Assembly: GCA_963763775.1 (NCBI GenBank)
Contig: CAVXPZ010000003.1
Coordinates: forward strand, 807,679 to 871,678
DNA length: 64,000 nucleotides
Reading direction: 5' to 3'
Source: an uncultured Chloroflexia bacterium
GTDB taxonomy: Bacteria; Chloroflexota; Limnocylindria; Limnocylindrales; CSP1-4
In this document: in pieces, positions 20,421 through 30,369 of the stretch
Numbering within the stretch: position 1 is the first letter of the stretch
Layout: every line of letters starts with the position of its first letter
Position numbers and translations under genes: made by a program
Notes under the pieces: generated by a model
Seen by the model: the letters and a program-made list of their open reading frames with translations, nothing else
What the model was told of the DNA's origin: nothing
The model's database searches: none

Positions 20421-20977
20421 GCGACCTGCCCTCCCTGGACGGGCGATGGGGCGAGTGGCTCCGGCCCGATCGCGATGCGCATCTCGCCGAGGGCGCGATG
20501 GAGTCGCGACTTGACCGTGCCGATGGGGATGCCGAGGGTCGTCGCGACATCCGTCAGCGGCAGCCCCAGGAAGTAGTGCAGGACGACGACCGCGCGAGTG
20601 TCCGGGTCGAGCCGCCCCATGGCGGCATCGACCAGGTCGCGGTCGGCGATGGCGGACGAGGCGTCGGCCACGGTCGGGGGATCGATCGGCGAGATCTCGA
20701 CCTCGATCGGCCGTCGTCGACGGCGGCGGACCAGGTCGAGACACGCGTTGATGGTCAGGCGGTGGAGCCAGGCGTCGAACCGCTCGGGGTCACGCAACCG
20801 CGGGAGGTCGCGCCAGGCTCGGATGAGGGCCTCCTGGACCGCGTCGCGGGCCAGCTCCGGATCCCGGAGGACGAGGCGGGCGACCTGGTCCAGTCGCGTG
20901 ACGGCGTCGCGGGCGAGCTCGGTGAAGGCGTCATGCTCGCCTCGCCTCGCCCGTTCCACGAGTGCCCGCTGGTCCAC
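20417..20977 (-). CDS. ECF RNA polymerase sigma factor 3
   Basis: ARDAVQEALIRAW and GIPIGTVKSRLHRA. Confidence 0.95.
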   Translation of the reverse strand: MDQRALVERARRGEHDAFTELARDAVTRLDQVARLVLRDPELARDAVQEALIRAWRDLPRLRDPERFDAWLHRLTINACLDLVRRRRRRPIEVEISPIDPPTVADASSAIADRDLVDAAMGRLDPDTRAVVVLHYFLGLPLTDVATTLGIPIGTVKSRLHRALGEMRIAIGPEPLAPSPVQGGQVA

Positions 20978-21026
20978 GGTCGCCTCGGCTCTGTGTGGCG
21001 ACGGCCCCGATGGCCGCGCTCACAGG

Positions 21027-21056
21027 GTATGGCGTCGATGTCGCGGTTTCGGTTCT
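21027..21056 (-). promoter_or_regulatory. ECF-type promoter of cassette 3
   Basis: AGAACC-17-GCCATAC. Confidence 0.75.
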
Positions 21057-21076
21057 TGGACGGGAGGCGGCTCCCT

Positions 21077-21197
21077 GGGTACTGCCAGTACCGGTTTCCG
21101 CATGAGTCTCTCGTGGAGTGCAGCGGGATCGACACTGGATCGGTCGTTTCGATGAGTGGCCACGCTCGGATGTGCGACACGTGGTACTGCCGGTACC
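21077..21197. repeat. palindromic intergenic repeat, copy R3
   Basis: GGGTACTGCCAGTACC ... CTCGTGG ... CCACGCTCGG ... GGTACTGCCGGTACC. Confidence 0.8.
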
Positions 21198-21277
21198 GCG
21201 GCGACTGGACGTGCCAGGACGGCGGGCCCCCAAGCCCGCCGCCCTGTCCGGCGTAAACGACGATCGACCTGGTCGGC

Positions 21278-22501
21278 CTACGACGCCGGTGGCGTCGGCA
21301 GCGCGTCGAGGAACCGGACGCTGTCGAGGACGGACCGGTCGGTGAGGTTCTGGCCGCTCTCGGTCACGGCGCCCTCGAAGACGAGCGTGTGACCGTTCAC
21401 CTCGGTGATGACGATCGGCCATGCGTCGCCCCCGATGTCGCTCGCCCACTTCCAGCCTGGGTCGGCATGCTGGGTCCATTGGAGGACCAGGTTGGTCTCG
21501 CCGTTGTCGGGATTGGTCCAGCAAGGCTTCGGGACGACCTTGCCGGCGATGTCCACGATGACGGCCCGGTGGCCGTCGACCGTGGTCTCGCGCTCGTTCG
21601 TCAGATCCAACCCGGATGACGGACTGCGGAGGAACGCGACGAACGGGTCGATGCCGCGCTCGAGGACCTTGGTCCCCTTCTTGTCATCGCAGAAGTCGTT
21701 GAACCCATCCGGGTCTTGCCAAGCCTTGAACGTGGCGTCGCCCGATGGGGTGTCGGCGGTGATGACCCCGTTGCCACCCCCGCCGAGCCACACGCCCGAC
21801 GGCAGCGTGAAGGAGAAGAAGGGATCGAACCCTGCAGCGACGAGCGGCCCGCCGTGGCTGTCGTGGCTCCCGGAACGGATCCACGTCCCCGGGACCATCG
21901 CGGCGCGGATCTTGCAGGGATCGTCGACGGGATCCAGGGTCAGCCAGACCCCATCGGTCGAGATGGACCAACGGTAGTGGGCGACATCGCCGGTGTGGCA
22001 GCCGCCGATCGCCCCGGTCGAGGTGAGCTCGATGACACCAGGGCTCGTCTCGCGCACGCGGGCGGGCGCGGTCCCGCTGATCGCGAAATCAGGCGCTTTC
22101 GGATCGCCATTGAGCGCTCCGAACTGGAGCACCGACGCCGGGCCTTGGGCGATCGGGGAGTCGCGCAGGGGCGCCAGCCACCCCCCGACGAGGTCGCTCG
22201 GCAGGGGCTGCGGACTCGGACTCGGAGTTGCGGTGGGCGCGCCGACGCTCTGACTCGATCGACTGAAGAGGAACGCGCCGCCGAGGATCGCCACGATCGC
22301 GATCGCGACGATGGCGAGGGCCGGCCGGCTCGAGATGGCAGGCATGGTTGAGAACCACCTTCCTGGGGTCGCCCAGGCAGGCCGCTGACGCGAACGGGCG
22401 GTCTGCCCGAGGATGTCGATGAAGTAGTCGGGGGTGGGCTCGTCGGCCAGGTCCGCCAGGGCGATCGGCAGATCTCGTTCGAATCGATCGATCGGGGTCA
22501 T
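21278..22501 (-). CDS. putative anti-sigma/sensor 4 with Cys-containing non-propeller ectodomains
   Basis: QRPAWATPGRWFSTM, TM helix, Pro linker, GC..GDV.HYRW..LTL..VDDPC module and a second TLPSG..TVDGH module. Confidence 0.85.
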   Translation of the reverse strand: MTPIDRFERDLPIALADLADEPTPDYFIDILGQTARSRQRPAWATPGRWFSTMPAISSRPALAIVAIAIVAILGGAFLFSRSSQSVGAPTATPSPSPQPLPSDLVGGWLAPLRDSPIAQGPASVLQFGALNGDPKAPDFAISGTAPARVRETSPGVIELTSTGAIGGCHTGDVAHYRWSISTDGVWLTLDPVDDPCKIRAAMVPGTWIRSGSHDSHGGPLVAAGFDPFFSFTLPSGVWLGGGGNGVITADTPSGDATFKAWQDPDGFNDFCDDKKGTKVLERGIDPFVAFLRSPSSGLDLTNERETTVDGHRAVIVDIAGKVVPKPCWTNPDNGETNLVLQWTQHADPGWKWASDIGGDAWPIVITEVNGHTLVFEGAVTESGQNLTDRSVLDSVRFLDALPTPPAS

Positions 22502-23061
22502 GCCAGCCGTCCTTCCGTGACCAGGTTCGACTCGGTCGCGGGACCGACGCCGACCGTGCTGCGAAGCACGCCGATCGATCGGTGCAATCGCGACTTCGCG
22601 GTGCCCAAGGGGATCCCGAGGGTGCCCGCCACCTCCGGCAGCGGCATCCCCAGGTAGTAGTGCAGGACGACGACCGCTCGCCATTCGGGCTCCAAGGCCC
22701 GGAGGCCGCGGTCGAGGAGTTCTCGGTCGATGATCTGCGACGAGGCATCGGCGACGCTCGGCTGGTCGAGGACGGTCAGTTCCACCTCGATGGGTCGGCG
22801 CCGGCGATGCCTCGCAGCATCGATGCAGGCGTGGACGGTGAGCCGATGCAACCACGCGTCGAACTTCTCGGGATCACGAAGCCCCGGAAGGTCTCGCCAG
22901 GCTCGCATCATCGCGTCCTGGACCGCGTCCCGTGCGAGTTCGCGGTCCCGGAGGATGAGGCGTGCGGCCGCGTCCAGGCGCACGATGGCCGCGCCGGCCA
23001 GCACGGCGAAGGCGTCGTGATCGCCTCCCCGCGCTCGCTCGACGAGGTCTCGCTGGTCCAC
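22498..23061 (-). CDS. ECF RNA polymerase sigma factor 4
   Basis: ARDAVQDAMMRAW and GIPLGTAKSRLHRS; GTG start by homology to the paralogs. Confidence 0.95.
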   Translation of the reverse strand: MDQRDLVERARGGDHDAFAVLAGAAIVRLDAAARLILRDRELARDAVQDAMMRAWRDLPGLRDPEKFDAWLHRLTVHACIDAARHRRRRPIEVELTVLDQPSVADASSQIIDRELLDRGLRALEPEWRAVVVLHYYLGMPLPEVAGTLGIPLGTAKSRLHRSIGVLRSTVGVGPATESNLVTEGRLA

Positions 23062-23112
23062 GGTCGCCTCGGCTGTTGTGGGCGGCGCCACCAGGGTGGT
23101 TGCGCTCACAGG

Positions 23113-23142
23113 GTATGGCGACCGCGTTTGGTGAATCGTTCC
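23113..23142 (-). promoter_or_regulatory. ECF-type promoter of cassette 4
   Basis: GGAACG-17-GCCATAC. Confidence 0.75.
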
Positions 23143-23183
23143 CGGGGTGCGCGAACAGCCCCGCGGTGCCGTAGCGGCTCCGA

Positions 23184-23304
23184 CGTTCCTGCCAGTACCC
23201 GTTTCGCGATGAACGCCTCGTGGTCGAGCGCCAAAACGACGGGACGGCGCCGATCCAGTCGCGGACCACGCTCAGATCTTGAGATCCCGGTACTGACAGG
23301 AACG
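23184..23304. repeat. palindromic intergenic repeat, copy R4
   Basis: Terminal inverted repeat CGTTCCTGCCAGTACC / GGTACTGACAGGAACG (15/16) and inner CGTGGTC / GACCACG. Confidence 0.8.
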
Positions 23305-23433
23305 GGGCCCGCCGCCGGGGGCACGGACACGGGCCGAACCCGCGCGGTGGACAGCAAGCGGCCGGTCACGTAGCTGCGTGACCGGCCGCCCTGGAGGAAG
23401 AAGCGCGTCGGGTTCGCCGCGCCGCGGCGAGGG

Positions 23434-24762
23434 TTACTTGAAGACCATCGACGAGACGATCGGCAGCGAGTCCTGGGCCAGCACGTGGAACCGGCTCGGA
23501 TCGGTCGAGTCGGCGTAGGCCACGGCGAGGTCACCCCCGCCGATGTCGATCACCACGACCCGCATCTGTTCCTTGCCGGCGATCCCCCAGGTCGCCGCGG
23601 GGTCCGCGTCCTCCGCGGCAAGGAAGACCGAGGCCGGCTGGGGTTTCGGGTCGTCCTTGCAGCCCTGCTTCCAGCCGGGAGCGAGGCTGACATCGACCAT
23701 CTGGGCCGGATGGCCACTGACGGTGATCGGTTTCGGCTGGGTCACCTGAAGGCTCGGCTGCGAGCGGATCCAGTCGATGTAGCCCTGCACCGTGTGATCG
23801 ACGGAGGTGGCCGGCATCCTGGCGCAGTCCGCGTTGACCTGGTTCAGGACTGGCCGCGCCAATACCACGAGCTCCTCGAACTCCCCATTCGACAGTCCTT
23901 GGGCGCCGGCGCGCGCATAGTCCGAGGACGGCATGAGCACCAATTCGTTCGGCCAATCGCCGGAGTTGGCCCAGCCGTCCGGGACCGTGTAGGTGACGCC
24001 GCCATAGACCGGGTGCCACGAGGACCCCTTCAGCCGAGGATCGATGAACTGCGACGCGTAGGTCCCCGCCGCGAGGTCGCCCAGGCAGTTGTCCGTGGGA
24101 TCCTTGCAAGCGGACTTGTGCCAGTCGCCGGCGATCCCGGCCACGCGCTTTGGACACGGGTCGTCGACGACGGTCAGGGTCAGGACGTTGCCCGCGATCG
24201 TCCAGGCGTAGTCGCCGGTGGATCCGTCGGTGCAGCCGGCGCGGGCGGTCGAGCCGGTGACCAGGTGCAGTCGGCCCTCGCTCGGGCTCGATGCGCGAAC
24301 GCTGAGCGCCGGAAGGCTCTGTGCGGCGGCCTGCGTCACCGCGAGCCCGGTCGAGTTGAGCACCAGCGCGGTCCCGGCCTCTGGCGCGACGCCCGGTAGG
24401 TCTCGGTGGGTGCCCATCCAGGTCCCCTGGAGGGCCGTTGCGACGACGGCTTCGGTCGAGGCTGCCGGTGTCGGGGCGGCAGTCGGCGCCGGCGTGACGA
24501 CCGGACCGCCGACATTCGATTCACTTCCTCTCGAGAGCATGATCCCGCCGCCGACGACGGCGACGAGTACCGCGACGAACGCGGCGATGGCGAGACGGTT
24601 CATTCGAAAGGACCTCCAGGTGGGCCGGCGGAGCGGGCGTCGCACCTGCGGCGTCGTCTCTGCGGCCTGGAGGACGGCGGCGACCACGCGATCGGGCGCC
24701 TCGTCCGGGCCCAGTTCCAGCCAGGCCTGGGCGAGTCGATCGAAGTCGCGTTCGTTGGTCAT
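23434..24762 (-). CDS. putative anti-sigma/sensor 5
   Basis: WLELGPDEAPDRVV..TPQ..WRSFRM, TM helix, GC..G..GDYAW..LTL.VVDDPC module and a TVPDGW..TVSGH module. Confidence 0.85.
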   Translation of the reverse strand: MTNERDFDRLAQAWLELGPDEAPDRVVAAVLQAAETTPQVRRPLRRPTWRSFRMNRLAIAAFVAVLVAVVGGGIMLSRGSESNVGGPVVTPAPTAAPTPAASTEAVVATALQGTWMGTHRDLPGVAPEAGTALVLNSTGLAVTQAAAQSLPALSVRASSPSEGRLHLVTGSTARAGCTDGSTGDYAWTIAGNVLTLTVVDDPCPKRVAGIAGDWHKSACKDPTDNCLGDLAAGTYASQFIDPRLKGSSWHPVYGGVTYTVPDGWANSGDWPNELVLMPSSDYARAGAQGLSNGEFEELVVLARPVLNQVNADCARMPATSVDHTVQGYIDWIRSQPSLQVTQPKPITVSGHPAQMVDVSLAPGWKQGCKDDPKPQPASVFLAAEDADPAATWGIAGKEQMRVVVIDIGGGDLAVAYADSTDPSRFHVLAQDSLPIVSSMVFK

Positions 24763-25307
24763 GCCATCCGTCCTTCGTGGGCGACCTCGGCTGCGTCCGC
24801 CTCGACGGCGGCGCGCAGGATCCGGGTCGCATAGTGGAGTCGCGAGCGGGCCGTCCCCGCCGGGATGCCGAGCGTGTCGGCGATCTCGGTCAGCGGCAGC
24901 CCGACGTGGTGATGCAGGACGAAGACCGCCCGCTGCTCGACCGTCAGGCGTCGGAACGCCCGGTCGAGGGCATCGCGGTCGTCGATGGAGAGGATCCCGT
25001 CGGGACCCGCCGGTCCGTCGACCGGCAGGACGCGAACGTTCGCCGCCCACGCGCGCCGACGCCTGGCCTCGGCGTAGCACTGGTGGACGAGCAGGCGCCG
25101 GACCCAGGCTTCGAAGCGATCCGGGTCGCGAAGGGTCGGGAGTTGGCGCCAGACGGTGATGAGGGCACCCTGCAGGGCATCCTCGGCGAGGACCGAGTCG
25201 CGCAGGATCCGGGCGGCGAGCGCGTACATCCGGTCGCTGGTCATCGTGACCAGCGCCGCGAATGCATCGCGATCTCCGTCCTGTGCCCGTTCGACGAGGT
25301 CTCGCAC
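24759..25307 (-). CDS. ECF RNA polymerase sigma factor 5
   Basis: AEDALQGALITVW and GIPAGTARSRLHYA; GTG start after GGGGAG. Confidence 0.95.
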   Translation of the reverse strand: MRDLVERAQDGDRDAFAALVTMTSDRMYALAARILRDSVLAEDALQGALITVWRQLPTLRDPDRFEAWVRRLLVHQCYAEARRRRAWAANVRVLPVDGPAGPDGILSIDDRDALDRAFRRLTVEQRAVFVLHHHVGLPLTEIADTLGIPAGTARSRLHYATRILRAAVEADAAEVAHEGRMA

Positions 25308-25349
25308 CGTCGCTCCCCGTGCGATCGCGTCGGATGACGCGGTCACACT

Positions 25350-25380
25350 CTATGAGTGGCCCGGCGGGCCGGAACGTTCA
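25350..25380 (-). promoter_or_regulatory. ECF-type promoter of cassette 5
   Basis: TGAACG-18-CTCATAG. Confidence 0.7.
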
Positions 25381-25455
25381 TCCCGTTCGGAGGAGAACGG
25401 CGCCGGTCCCGTGTCGTAGGCTTCGGGGAAAGCGTCGTTCGACCGGAGGCCAACC

Positions 25456-26795
25456 ATGGCTCGCTCGTCTTCGCGGGTCCGAAGTGGGCTGGTGGGCCTG
25501 CTCTTCGTCCTCGCCTGTCTCTCGATCGTGTTCAGCACGATCGCTGTGTGGGCGCACCAGACCCTGCTCGTGACCGACCGATTCGCGGCCGTGACGAGTC
25601 GCGTGGTGGCGGAGCCGTCCGTCCAGGTGGCAGCGGCGGATCGCCTGGCCAGCGAGATCATCACCGCGGTCGACGTCCAGGGCCGCATCGCCGGCGTCCT
25701 CCCGGGCCAGCAGGCCTTCCTCGCGGTCCCGCTCACGAACGCGGTCGAAGGCGTCCTCGACAAGAAGCTGACCGAATTCTTCGCGACCGAGAAGGCGCAG
25801 GCGGCGTTCGAAACGGCGATCCGCTTCACGCACGCGCACCTGATCACCCTGCTGCGCAACGACAGCGACTTCGTGACCCTGGAGGGCAACACGGCCACGA
25901 TCGACCTGCTGCCGATCGCCGTCGAAGGGCTCCGCGCGCTCCAGGACGAGGGCATCCTCCCGGCGACCATCCAGCTGCCCGACGTCACCGATCCGGCCGG
26001 GCGAGACGCCGCGATCGCGGCCCTCAGCGACCGACTCGGGTCGCCCGATCCCGGCGGACTTCGCGCTCATCCCGATCGCCAACGCCGATCGGTTGGCCAA
26101 GGCCCAGACGGCCGTCCACTACTTCGACGTCATCGTCGTGCTGCTCCTCCTGCTGACGCTGGCCCTGATCCTCGGCACGATCTTCCTGTCCGGCCGGCGG
26201 CTGCGGATGGTGGCGCTCCTCGCGATCGGCGCGGTCGTCGCGCTCCTGATCGCCCGGATCCTCGTTCGGGCGGCTGTCAACGGTCTCGTGGATTCGCTGG
26301 CGGCCGGGAACGGCGAGGCGATGCGCGTGATGATCGTGGACCTCGTGAGCGAGCTCGCCTCGTGGTCCTGGATCCTGGTCATCCTCGGGATCGTCATCGC
26401 GATCCTCGCGGTCCTGGCCGGGCGGCCCAAGTGGCTCCCATCCGGCGCATCGGCGGCCACCGCGGCGAGGCGGCCCGCGCGAGCGGATCTGCCCGCGGGC
26501 GCCAAGGGCGACGACGACGGCGGTCTCGGGGCCTGGGCGAAGGCACACCAGGAGGGTCTGGGATGGGCCATCGGGATCGTGCTGACGTCGCTGATCGTGT
26601 GGATCGCCCTGAGCCCAGACCTGGCGATCCTCGTCGGGATCGGACTGGTCGTGGTCGCGTTGACGATCGGTCGGCGCCGCACTCCCGCCGGCGCGGCCGA
26701 TGCCGATGAGACCGTCGTCATCGACACGCCCGCGCCACCCGCGCCACCGGCACCGCCGCGCGACCCCAGCCGCAGGTGCGACACCGACGAGCTAA
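25456..26795 (+). CDS. multi-pass hypothetical membrane protein (frameshifts near 26050 and 26770)
   Basis: GGAGG RBS; N-terminal TM, WAHQTLL.TDRF, helical ectodomain, then several TM helices in the next frame. Confidence 0.7.
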
Positions 26796-26820
26796 GCGCC
26801 AGGCCGGAGCCCTGGTCCCG

Positions 26821-27573
26821 CTACTCCCAGCGGAACCAGCGGAGGGCGACGACCAGGGCCGCGATCGCCCACGCGCCGACGACCGCGAGCGACCGGCCGA
26901 GCTCGCCGCCGCCGCCGAGGGCCGCGCGGAATGCCTCGGCGAGCGCGGCGGCCGGCAGGAGCCGGCTGACGGCGGCCAGCGCGTCGGGCAGGTGGTCGAC
27001 CGGGACGACGACGCCGCCGAGCAGCAGGCAGGCGATGAACAGCGCATTCGCGAGCGTCAGCGTGGCCTCGGCCCGCAGTGTGCCCGCGAGCGCCAGGCCC
27101 AGACCGGCGAACGCGGCGGTCCCCACCAGGAACGCCGCGACGAACGCCGGCGCGGATGCCCCGGGCCCGGGGCGCCATCCGAACACGAAGACCGCGATCG
27201 CGACCAACACCGCCACGACCGCGATCTCCACGATGATCACGGTCAGCAGCTTCGCGACGATCAGCCCGGTCCGGCCGAGCGGCGAACCGCCGAGCCGTTT
27301 GAGGACCCCGTAGGCCCGTTCGTAGGCCGTGGCGATCCCGAGGTTGACGAGGCCCGCGGCGATGATCGCCAGCGCGAGGGTGCCGGGCAGCAGGACGTCG
27401 ACGCGGGCCTGCCCGGCGGGCACGGGCACGAGGTCCACCGAGCCGAAGAAGAGCAGGACCGCGGCCGGGATCCCGATGAGCGCGAGGACGTTCTCGCCGC
27501 GCCGCGCGGTCAAGCGGCCCTCCATCCGGACCTGCGCCAGGGTGGCCCGGGGCCACGACGCCGGCAGGCTCAT
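26821..27573 (-). CDS. ABC-2 transporter permease
   Basis: Six TM helices, AYERAYGVLKRLGGSPL, terminal FRWE. Confidence 0.9.
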   Translation of the reverse strand: MSLPASWPRATLAQVRMEGRLTARRGENVLALIGIPAAVLLFFGSVDLVPVPAGQARVDVLLPGTLALAIIAAGLVNLGIATAYERAYGVLKRLGGSPLGRTGLIVAKLLTVIIVEIAVVAVLVAIAVFVFGWRPGPGASAPAFVAAFLVGTAAFAGLGLALAGTLRAEATLTLANALFIACLLLGGVVVPVDHLPDALAAVSRLLPAAALAEAFRAALGGGGELGRSLAVVGAWAIAALVVALRWFRWE

Positions 27574-28484
27574 GCCGCCCCGACCAGGTCGAGGTAGGCG
27601 TCTTCGAGCGAGCCGCCCACCGACCGAAGCTCGACGATGAGCCGGCCCTCCCGCGCCGCCCAGGCGGCGACCCCCGCGATGGCATCGGGCGAGGGAACCA
27701 GGTCGGCCAGGATGTATCGATCCCCGTCGACCGCCACCGCGCCACCGCCCGCCGCCGCCCGGAGGCCCTCGAGCTCCGGCTCCGTGAGCGGCTGGTCCAG
27801 CCGGAGTCGGAGCCGCGGCTGCAGGCCGGCGGCCAACTCGGCGGCCGTCCCCGCGGCCACCACGCGCCCGCCGACCAGGATGTGGATCCGGTCCGCGAGC
27901 CGCTCGACGTCCGCGAGGTCGTGGCTCGTCAGGAGGATCGCCGTGCCCTCGTCGCGGAGGTCCGCCACGATCCGGCGGGTGGCGGCGCGACCCTCGGGGT
28001 CCATCCCGGCGGTCGGCTCGTCGAGGATGACGACCTCCGGTCGGCCCACGAGCGCCAGCGCAAGGCCGAGCCGCTGCCGTTCGCCGCCGGACAGGCGTCG
28101 GTATCGCGTCGTCGCGACCCCGGTCAGGCCGACCAGGTCCAGGAGCGCATCAGGGTCGCGCGGATCCGCGTGGAACCGCGCGTACTGGTGGAGGGTCTCG
28201 CGCGGCCGCGCTCGCATGTCGATCCCGCCGCCCTGGAGCATCAGGCCCACGCGGGCGCGCAGGGCGCGGCCGCCGCGTGCCGGGTCCTCCCCCAGGACGC
28301 GGACCGTGCCCCCGTCCGCATGGCGATAGCCCTCGATGATCTCCACCGACGTGGTCTTGCCGGCACCGTTCGGCCCCAGCAAGGCGACGATCTCGCCCGG
28401 TGCCACGGTCAGCGAGACGCCGTCCACGACCGCTCGATCGCCGTACCGCTTGACCAGGCCATCGAGTTCGATGGCGGGCGTCAC
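27570..28484 (-). CDS. ABC transporter ATP-binding protein
   Basis: GPNGAGKTT, LSGGERQRL, ILDEPTAGMDP. Confidence 0.93.
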   Translation of the reverse strand: MTPAIELDGLVKRYGDRAVVDGVSLTVAPGEIVALLGPNGAGKTTSVEIIEGYRHADGGTVRVLGEDPARGGRALRARVGLMLQGGGIDMRARPRETLHQYARFHADPRDPDALLDLVGLTGVATTRYRRLSGGERQRLGLALALVGRPEVVILDEPTAGMDPEGRAATRRIVADLRDEGTAILLTSHDLADVERLADRIHILVGGRVVAAGTAAELAAGLQPRLRLRLDQPLTEPELEGLRAAAGGGAVAVDGDRYILADLVPSPDAIAGVAAWAAREGRLIVELRSVGGSLEDAYLDLVGAA

Positions 28485-29009
28485 GGCGCGATCCGCTGGT
28501 ACTGGCGCTCGAAGTCCTTGTCCGTCAGCTCGCCGATCTGGATCGAGCGGATGACGCCGTCCTTGTCGATGAAGTACGTCTGCGGCCGTCCGGCGACGCG
28601 GTAGGCGGCCTTGAACGCCTTGTCCGGGTCGAGGATCGTGGGCCAGGTCGCGCCATAGTCCGCGATGAAGTCCTTCGCCGGCTGGACCGGGTCGTCGGTG
28701 AGCACGCCGACCACGGCGAGGCCGTCGGCGGCATGGGCGGCGACCTTCGACTCGAGCAACGGGAACTCGTCGCGGCATGGAACGCACGACGGTCCCCAGA
28801 AGTTCACGATCGACCGGATGGCCGCGCAAGTCCGCCAGGCGGAATGGCGCGCCGTCGAGCGTGGTCGCGACCATGTCGGGTGCCGGGTCCCCGACGGCGG
28901 CCTTCGGGCCGCCTCGGCCGGCGTTCACGAAGACGATGACGCCGATGGTCGTGACGAGGGCGATGGCGAGCGCGAGAAGGATCGGACGACGCGGCGTGGC
29001 GGGCCTCGA
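28481..29009 (-). CDS. TlpA/ResA-family thiol-disulfide reductase (frameshift near 28810; start uncertain)
   Basis: N-terminal TM, VGDPAPD..LADLRG, then NFWGPSCVPCRDE and cis-Pro GRPQTYFID. Confidence 0.85.
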
Positions 29010-30127
29010 TTACTGCGTGAGGGAGGCCTTGCCGGTCATCGAGGGATGGACGGTGCAGGAGAAGGTGTACTCGCCGGCCTTCAGCGCCGGGACGTTGTAG
29101 AGCCGCGTCTCGACGCCCGGGAAGATGTCGCCCTTCCACAGGACCGTGCCGCTCGCGTCGGCGAGCTGGATGTTGTGACTCGTGCCCGGATCCTGGTTGT
29201 CGAAGGCGATGGTGAACGGCGTGTCGGCCTTGGCGGTGAAGGTCGTCTCGACGTAGGCGATGTTCTGGGCGGTGATGTCGACGTCGCCCGTGACCGCCGG
29301 CCCGGAGGCGGCCGGGGACCCGGACGGCGCGGCACCGGAGGCGGCCGGCGCACCGGACGGTGCGGGCGATCCGCCGGCGCCCGCCGTCGAGCCCTCCGCC
29401 TCGTGCGGGGGCAGCAGGCCCGTCTGGAGCAGGATCCCGCCGACGAGCACGACCGCCAGCAAGGAGAACATCAGCGAGGGCGTCCGCGGCGCCGGGCCCG
29501 CTGTCGAGGTGCCCGGTCCGGTCCGCGTCCAGGGTGCGGCGGTACTCCGCGACCGCGTCCACCAGCCAACCGACCAGGGTGGCGACGAGGGCGAGGACCC
29601 CGCCGATGAGCATCCAGCCGCCGTAGACGAGGCCGAGCAGCAGGATCGCGACCCCGATGGCCCCGAGGATCGGCCGGAACGACGGCCCCGGCATGTGGAC
29701 GCCCGGCCGGTGGTCCGTCGTGGACGACCTCGGGGAGGGCCGGGGCCTCGGACCCGATCTCGTGCTCGTAGATGCGGATGCCTTCGGCGAGCCAGTAGAG
29801 CAGGGTCAGCACGAGGGCGACCAGGCCCAGGATGAGGATCGGCCCGCCCCACACGAGCCCGAAGAAGAGCAGGGCCGCGCCGATCGCGGCGAAGATCGGG
29901 GCGAACGACGGGCCGGGCATGTGGATGCCGGCCGGGGTCTTGCGGGCGACCGGCATCTTGCCGCGCCGCGCCTTCGGCTGGATCCGGAACTTGCGGATCA
30001 TCCACACGATCCAGGCCAGGACCATGACCATGATCGCGATCGGGAGGAGCGCGATGAGCGAGCCCCAGTCAGGCGTGACCAGGAGCGCGGTCAGGTCGAG
30101 GAACCATTGCCAGATGGCTTCGATCAT
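29010..30127 (-). CDS. cytochrome c oxidase subunit IV-like membrane protein fused to a C-terminal cupredoxin (frameshifts near 29705 and 29500)
   Basis: Two repeats of G(I/V)HMPGPSFxP plus a TM hairpin; type-1 Cu motif HNI...YTFSCTVHPSM. Confidence 0.75.
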
Positions 30128-30168
30128 GGGATCAGGGGGCTAGGCGAGCCGGCCCGGCATGGGGGCCG

Positions 30169-30360
30169 TCACTCGCGCGATCCGGCGACCAGCACGTAGG
30201 CCATCATCCCCATCGCGACGCCGAGCGCCAGCAGCATCGTCACGCCCGCGTAGTCGACGTGCCAGCCGCCGATGGTCGGCACGGCCCAGTACACGATCCC
30301 GATCACGATGAAGACGATCCCGATGAGGGCCGCGTTCCGAGGATGGCGAAGCGGGTGCAT
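30169..30360 (-). CDS. small two-TM protein resembling the N-terminal half of oxidase subunit IV (CtaF)
   Basis: 63 aa, IVYW..DYAGVTMLL; AGGAGG RBS; follows ctaE. Confidence 0.65.
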   Translation of the reverse strand: MHPLRHPRNAALIGIVFIVIGIVYWAVPTIGGWHVDYAGVTMLLALGVAMGMMAYVLVAGSRE

Positions 30361-30369
30361 GGCGCCCTC

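Noticed and set aside
14725-23304. R1-R4 as a CRISPR array or canonical integron
   Set aside because: Units are ~120 bp, degenerate and 2-4 kb apart; no cas or intI gene in the window; no canonical attC core sites.
12658-25400. tRNA-anchored genomic island containing the ECF array
   Set aside because: No integrase, no duplicated tRNA 3' end seen, and a housekeeping-like LCP gene separates the tRNA from the array.
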